DNA of 64,000 nt from Vulcanimicrobiales bacterium (GTDB taxonomy: Bacteria; Vulcanimicrobiota; Vulcanimicrobiia; Vulcanimicrobiales; Vulcanimicrobiaceae). The stretch lies in contig JBBRLI010000007.1 of the NCBI GenBank assembly GCA_038231455.1, positions 87,657 through 151,656 on the forward strand, written 5' to 3'. A model generated the notes under the pieces. It ran no database searches. It saw only the letters and a program-made list of their open reading frames with translations, and had not been told where the DNA came from. The translations under genes and the position numbers were made by a program. Positions 61,012 to 64,000 of the stretch are shown one piece after another. Position 1 is the first letter of the stretch. Every line of letters begins with the position of its first letter.

Positions 61012-62175
61012 CTACCCGACGAGGGCGGCGTCTTCCAGGAACACTTTGAGTGTGGCTTGCACGCCGGTGCCAATCTGCAGTTTGTAGTCTTGTTCGAGTA
61101 GGCTGATTTCGAGCGCGCCGATGGCGCCCGCGACGTCGGTTTGCGTGAGGTCACCCATCGTGCCGATACGCATGACTTTGCCTTTGAGACGTGCCTGACC
61201 GCCGCCGATCACGATGCCTTGCGCGGCCTGGATGCTCTTGCGCAGCTTCGGAACGTCGATGCCCTCAGGTGCGTGGAACGCGCATACCGTGACCGAATGG
61301 GCGTCTTCGCTTGAGAACGACTTGAGGCCAATTGCCTTTGCAGCGGCGCGAATTGCACGCGCGTAGCGCGCGTGACGCGCCCACACGTTTGATGCGCCTT
61401 CTGCATTGTAGAGATCGATTGCGGTATCGAGCGCATACGCAATGGAAATCGGCGGTGTCCACGGCGTTTGACCGAGATGTGCAAACTCGCGTGCTTTAAG
61501 TAAATCGAAGTAGTAGCGCTGCGTTGTGTTGTGCGCCATCTTCTCCCACGCACGCGGACTCACCGCGATCATCGCAAGTCCCGGTGGAACCGCAAGCGCT
61601 TTTTGTGAGGCCGTGACAACAATATCGAATTGCCAGGCATCCATGTGAAATGCACTTGCGCCAAGCCCGCTAACGGAATCGACAATCGAGTACGCGCCAT
61701 GACGCTGGATCGACGGTGCAAGATCCGCGAGCGCATTTTGTACGCCGGTCGAGGTTTCATTATGCGTGAGCAGCACGCCGACGATCTTCTTCTCGGTATC
61801 CGCCTGCAGTCGCGCTTCGAGCGCACGTGCATCGACGCGGTCGCCCCACGTCGTCTCCAGCACGTCCACCGTACAGCCGAACTGACGCGCGATTGCGATA
61901 ATGCGATCGCCGAACACACCAACCGGGCATGCGAGAATCGTCTCACCCGGACCGAACATGCTGCCGACGGCGGCTTCGAGTCCGCCCGTTCCCGAGCTGC
62001 CCAAGACGAGCACTTCGTTGTCCGTGCCGAAGATCGGTTTCATACCCGCGGCGATGCGTTCGAGCAAATCGTGGAAGGCCGCGCCGCGATGATCGATCAT
62101 CGGTTTTGCCATGGCGGCAAGCACGGGTTGGGCACACGTTACGGGGCCGGGGATGAACAGTAAATCTCGCTTCAT
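61012..62175 (-). CDS. Class V PLP aminotransferase (alanine-glyoxylate/serine-pyruvate type)
   Basis: LFIPGP, HNETSTGV, DSVS, SQKAL (PLP Lys) and RIGTMG motifs. Confidence 0.93.
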   Translation of the reverse strand: MKRDLLFIPGPVTCAQPVLAAMAKPMIDHRGAAFHDLLERIAAGMKPIFGTDNEVLVLGSSGTGGLEAAVGSMFGPGETILACPVGVFGDRIIAIARQFGCTVDVLETTWGDRVDARALEARLQADTEKKIVGVLLTHNETSTGVQNALADLAPSIQRHGAYSIVDSVSGLGASAFHMDAWQFDIVVTASQKALAVPPGLAMIAVSPRAWEKMAHNTTQRYYFDLLKAREFAHLGQTPWTPPISIAYALDTAIDLYNAEGASNVWARHARYARAIRAAAKAIGLKSFSSEDAHSVTVCAFHAPEGIDVPKLRKSIQAAQGIVIGGGQARLKGKVMRIGTMGDLTQTDVAGAIGALEISLLEQDYKLQIGTGVQATLKVFLEDAALVG

Positions 62176-62221
62176 TGCAACTCACACGCGGGCAGTTGGG
62201 TGGTGATTTAGTACGATGTCC

Positions 62222-63265
62222 ATGCAGTCCCCCGAGCGCGTGCGCCTGACAGAACTCGCGTCTGGCGCGGGTTGAGCGAGTAAAGTCGGCGCTGCCGACC
62301 TGGCGCAGGTTCTGCGCCGCTTGCCACCCGTAACGGACCCCAACGTTCTGGTCGGGATCGCCACGAGCGACGACGCCGGAGTTTACCGCCTCTCCGACGA
62401 TCTGGCACTGGTTCAGACCGTCGATTTCTTCACGCCCATCGTCGACGATCCGTACGACTTCGGACGCATCGCGGCGGCAAACAGTCTCTCCGACATTTAC
62501 GCGATGGGCGCAAAGCCGCTCACCGCGCTCAACATCGCGACGTTCCCGGTCGGCGACCTCGATCTTGAGATCCTCGCCCGCATTCTCGAGGGGGGCGCGG
62601 CGGTGGCAAAAGAGGCCGGCATCGTCATTTTGGGCGGCCATACGGTCAAAGACCCGGAGCCTAAATATGGCATGGCCGTGACGGGAACAATTCACCCCGA
62701 TCGGATCGTTACCAATGCGGGAGCCCGTCCCGGTGACTCCCTGATTCTGACCAAGCCCCTCGGGACGGGTATCCTTTCCACCGCCCTCAAACGCGGCCTG
62801 ATCGATGATGCGGGGATCGCCTCGGCCGTCGGTTGGATGGCGCGGCTGAATGCGAAGGCTTCCGCGGCGATGATCGCCGTCGGCGTGCACGCGGCGACCG
62901 ATGTCACCGGCTTTGGCTTACTCGGCCACGCCAGCGAGATGGCTCACGGGTCGGGTGTGCGGATCGAACTGCGCGCATCGCGCGTGCCGTTTCACGACCG
63001 CGCAATTGAATTCATCGAAAGCGGATGCGTTCCAGGCGGAACGCGCGACAATGCCATCGAGCATGCGAAATTCACGTCATACGATGCGGACGTTTCACCA
63101 TCGATTCGCCTGGGACTCTCCGATGCAACGACGTCGGGCGGACTGCTCATCGCTTGCGGCGCCGACGTCACAGAACACCTCGTGAAGACGCTGCTAGCAG
63201 GCGGCGACCTCGCCGCGATTATCGGCACGGTGGAAAGCGGCTCGGGAATTCACGTCAAGTCGTAA
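62222..63265 (+). CDS. selD: Selenophosphate synthetase, Sec-containing (TGA 62273-62275); alternative start 62216
   Basis: MQSPERVRLTELASGAG-TGA-ASKVG continues in frame to DDAGVY, TVDFFTPIVDDP, GGHT, TDVTGFGLLGH and TSGGLL. Confidence 0.96.
62285..62299 (+). promoter_or_regulatory. Putative SECIS element of selD
   Basis: Begins 9 nt after UGA: GUCGGC-GCU-GCCGAC; a second hairpin ACCUG-GCG-CAGGU follows. Confidence 0.6.
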
Positions 63266-63308
63266 GCCGTGATGCGCTTGTCGGGCGCATCAGTTTTTCC
63301 GCAGACTA

Positions 63309-63908
63309 TTACGTACCAGGCAGCTCCGTAGGCGAATACGATGCAATTGAGGTTGCGATCGGCCCATTTGCTGTTGCAGCGACGAATAGCGCATTCGGCC
63401 GCGCAAGGCGCAATTCGTTGAAGGCCTGATCCGCAAGCCTCTTATTCGAACCCATGACTTCAGACGGCATCGAAAAAATCGAGACGATCCACCAGATACC
63501 AAGACCTTGAAGCGTGAAGAATGCAATCGCGGCCAGTCCCCACTTACCTTGATACAGATACGAAATCGTGGGCGAGAGAATTGCGGTCAAGACCCACGCG
63601 AGAACGACGCTTTTGGGACTTTTCGAGTTGTACATTTGCAAGAAAAGAACGCGATCGTTCGGATCGGTAATCTGACCAGCTAGGGCGTTGAGATGATCTT
63701 CGGCGTGTTTTGCGGGGCCACGGAAAAACCAAAACGCGGCGAGACACAAAAGAACGAAGAATCCGATAAAAATAAGCGATCCGAACGTCGCTCCTGCCGC
63801 GTCGCCGACACCCGAGGCCAGAATGCGCGTTGGCACGATCACGGAGGCAAGTCCGATTGTTATTCCAACCGGGACGCACGTGTATCGGACAAAAACAGTT
63901 TCGCTCAT
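63309..63908 (-). CDS. Membrane protein with a TM2-like C-terminal domain
   Basis: KSVVLAWVL...YLYQGKWGLAAIAFFTLQGLGIWWIV resembles TM2; visibly lower GC than its neighbours. Confidence 0.65.
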   Translation of the reverse strand: MSETVFVRYTCVPVGITIGLASVIVPTRILASGVGDAAGATFGSLIFIGFFVLLCLAAFWFFRGPAKHAEDHLNALAGQITDPNDRVLFLQMYNSKSPKSVVLAWVLTAILSPTISYLYQGKWGLAAIAFFTLQGLGIWWIVSIFSMPSEVMGSNKRLADQAFNELRLARPNALFVAATANGPIATSIASYSPTELPGT

Positions 63909-64000
63909 AACACCCCGCAGCAAGAGAATACAAGTTACAACACGCCATCAATAATGGCGCTCGTTACGTGAGGCTTCGTCGGCGAGCTACGGGTTGCCCC

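Noticed and set aside
63960-64000. tRNA (e.g. selC) or other ncRNA at the window end
   Set aside because: Only a GGG-GCAA-CCC hairpin is visible; no T-loop or CCA end can be identified in the available 40 nt.

Overview
A GC-rich, gene-dense stretch of bacterial core chromosome with no phage, IS element, CRISPR array, rRNA or recognisable tRNA. The Gram-positive-type SOS box, YqzL-like ORF, L20-leader-like attenuator, many TTG/GTG starts and apparent leaderless genes suggest a Terrabacteria lineage, possibly Eremiobacterota-like (inference only). Housekeeping genes: eno (partial), ndk, birA, acpS, nnr, ligA, uvrA, uvrB, prs-rplY-pth, thyX, glmU, gltX, infC-rpmI-rplT, pheST, infA and selD. Other genes include a chemoreceptor pair, a GH38 mannosidase, two phosphoesterase lipoproteins, a B12 acyl-CoA mutase/MeaB cluster, tricorn protease and a ferritin-like/CDGSH fusion. 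The main signal missed by the ORF track is translational recoding. Three genes have an in-frame TGA at the catalytic Cys position followed by a SECIS-like hairpin: selD, an orphan PrdB/GrdB-like UxxC protein and a Cys-free AhpE-type peroxiredoxin. The last two are adjacent in a thyX - cytochrome c - PrdB-like(Sec) - Prx(Sec) - inactive M48 run, a candidate undescribed selenium redox module. Non-canonical starts also appear: infC (ATA), probably infA (ATA, overlapped by a leaderless 8-codon uORF) and pth (CTG, in frame just behind the rplY TAG). Family assignments come from motif recognition, not database searches.
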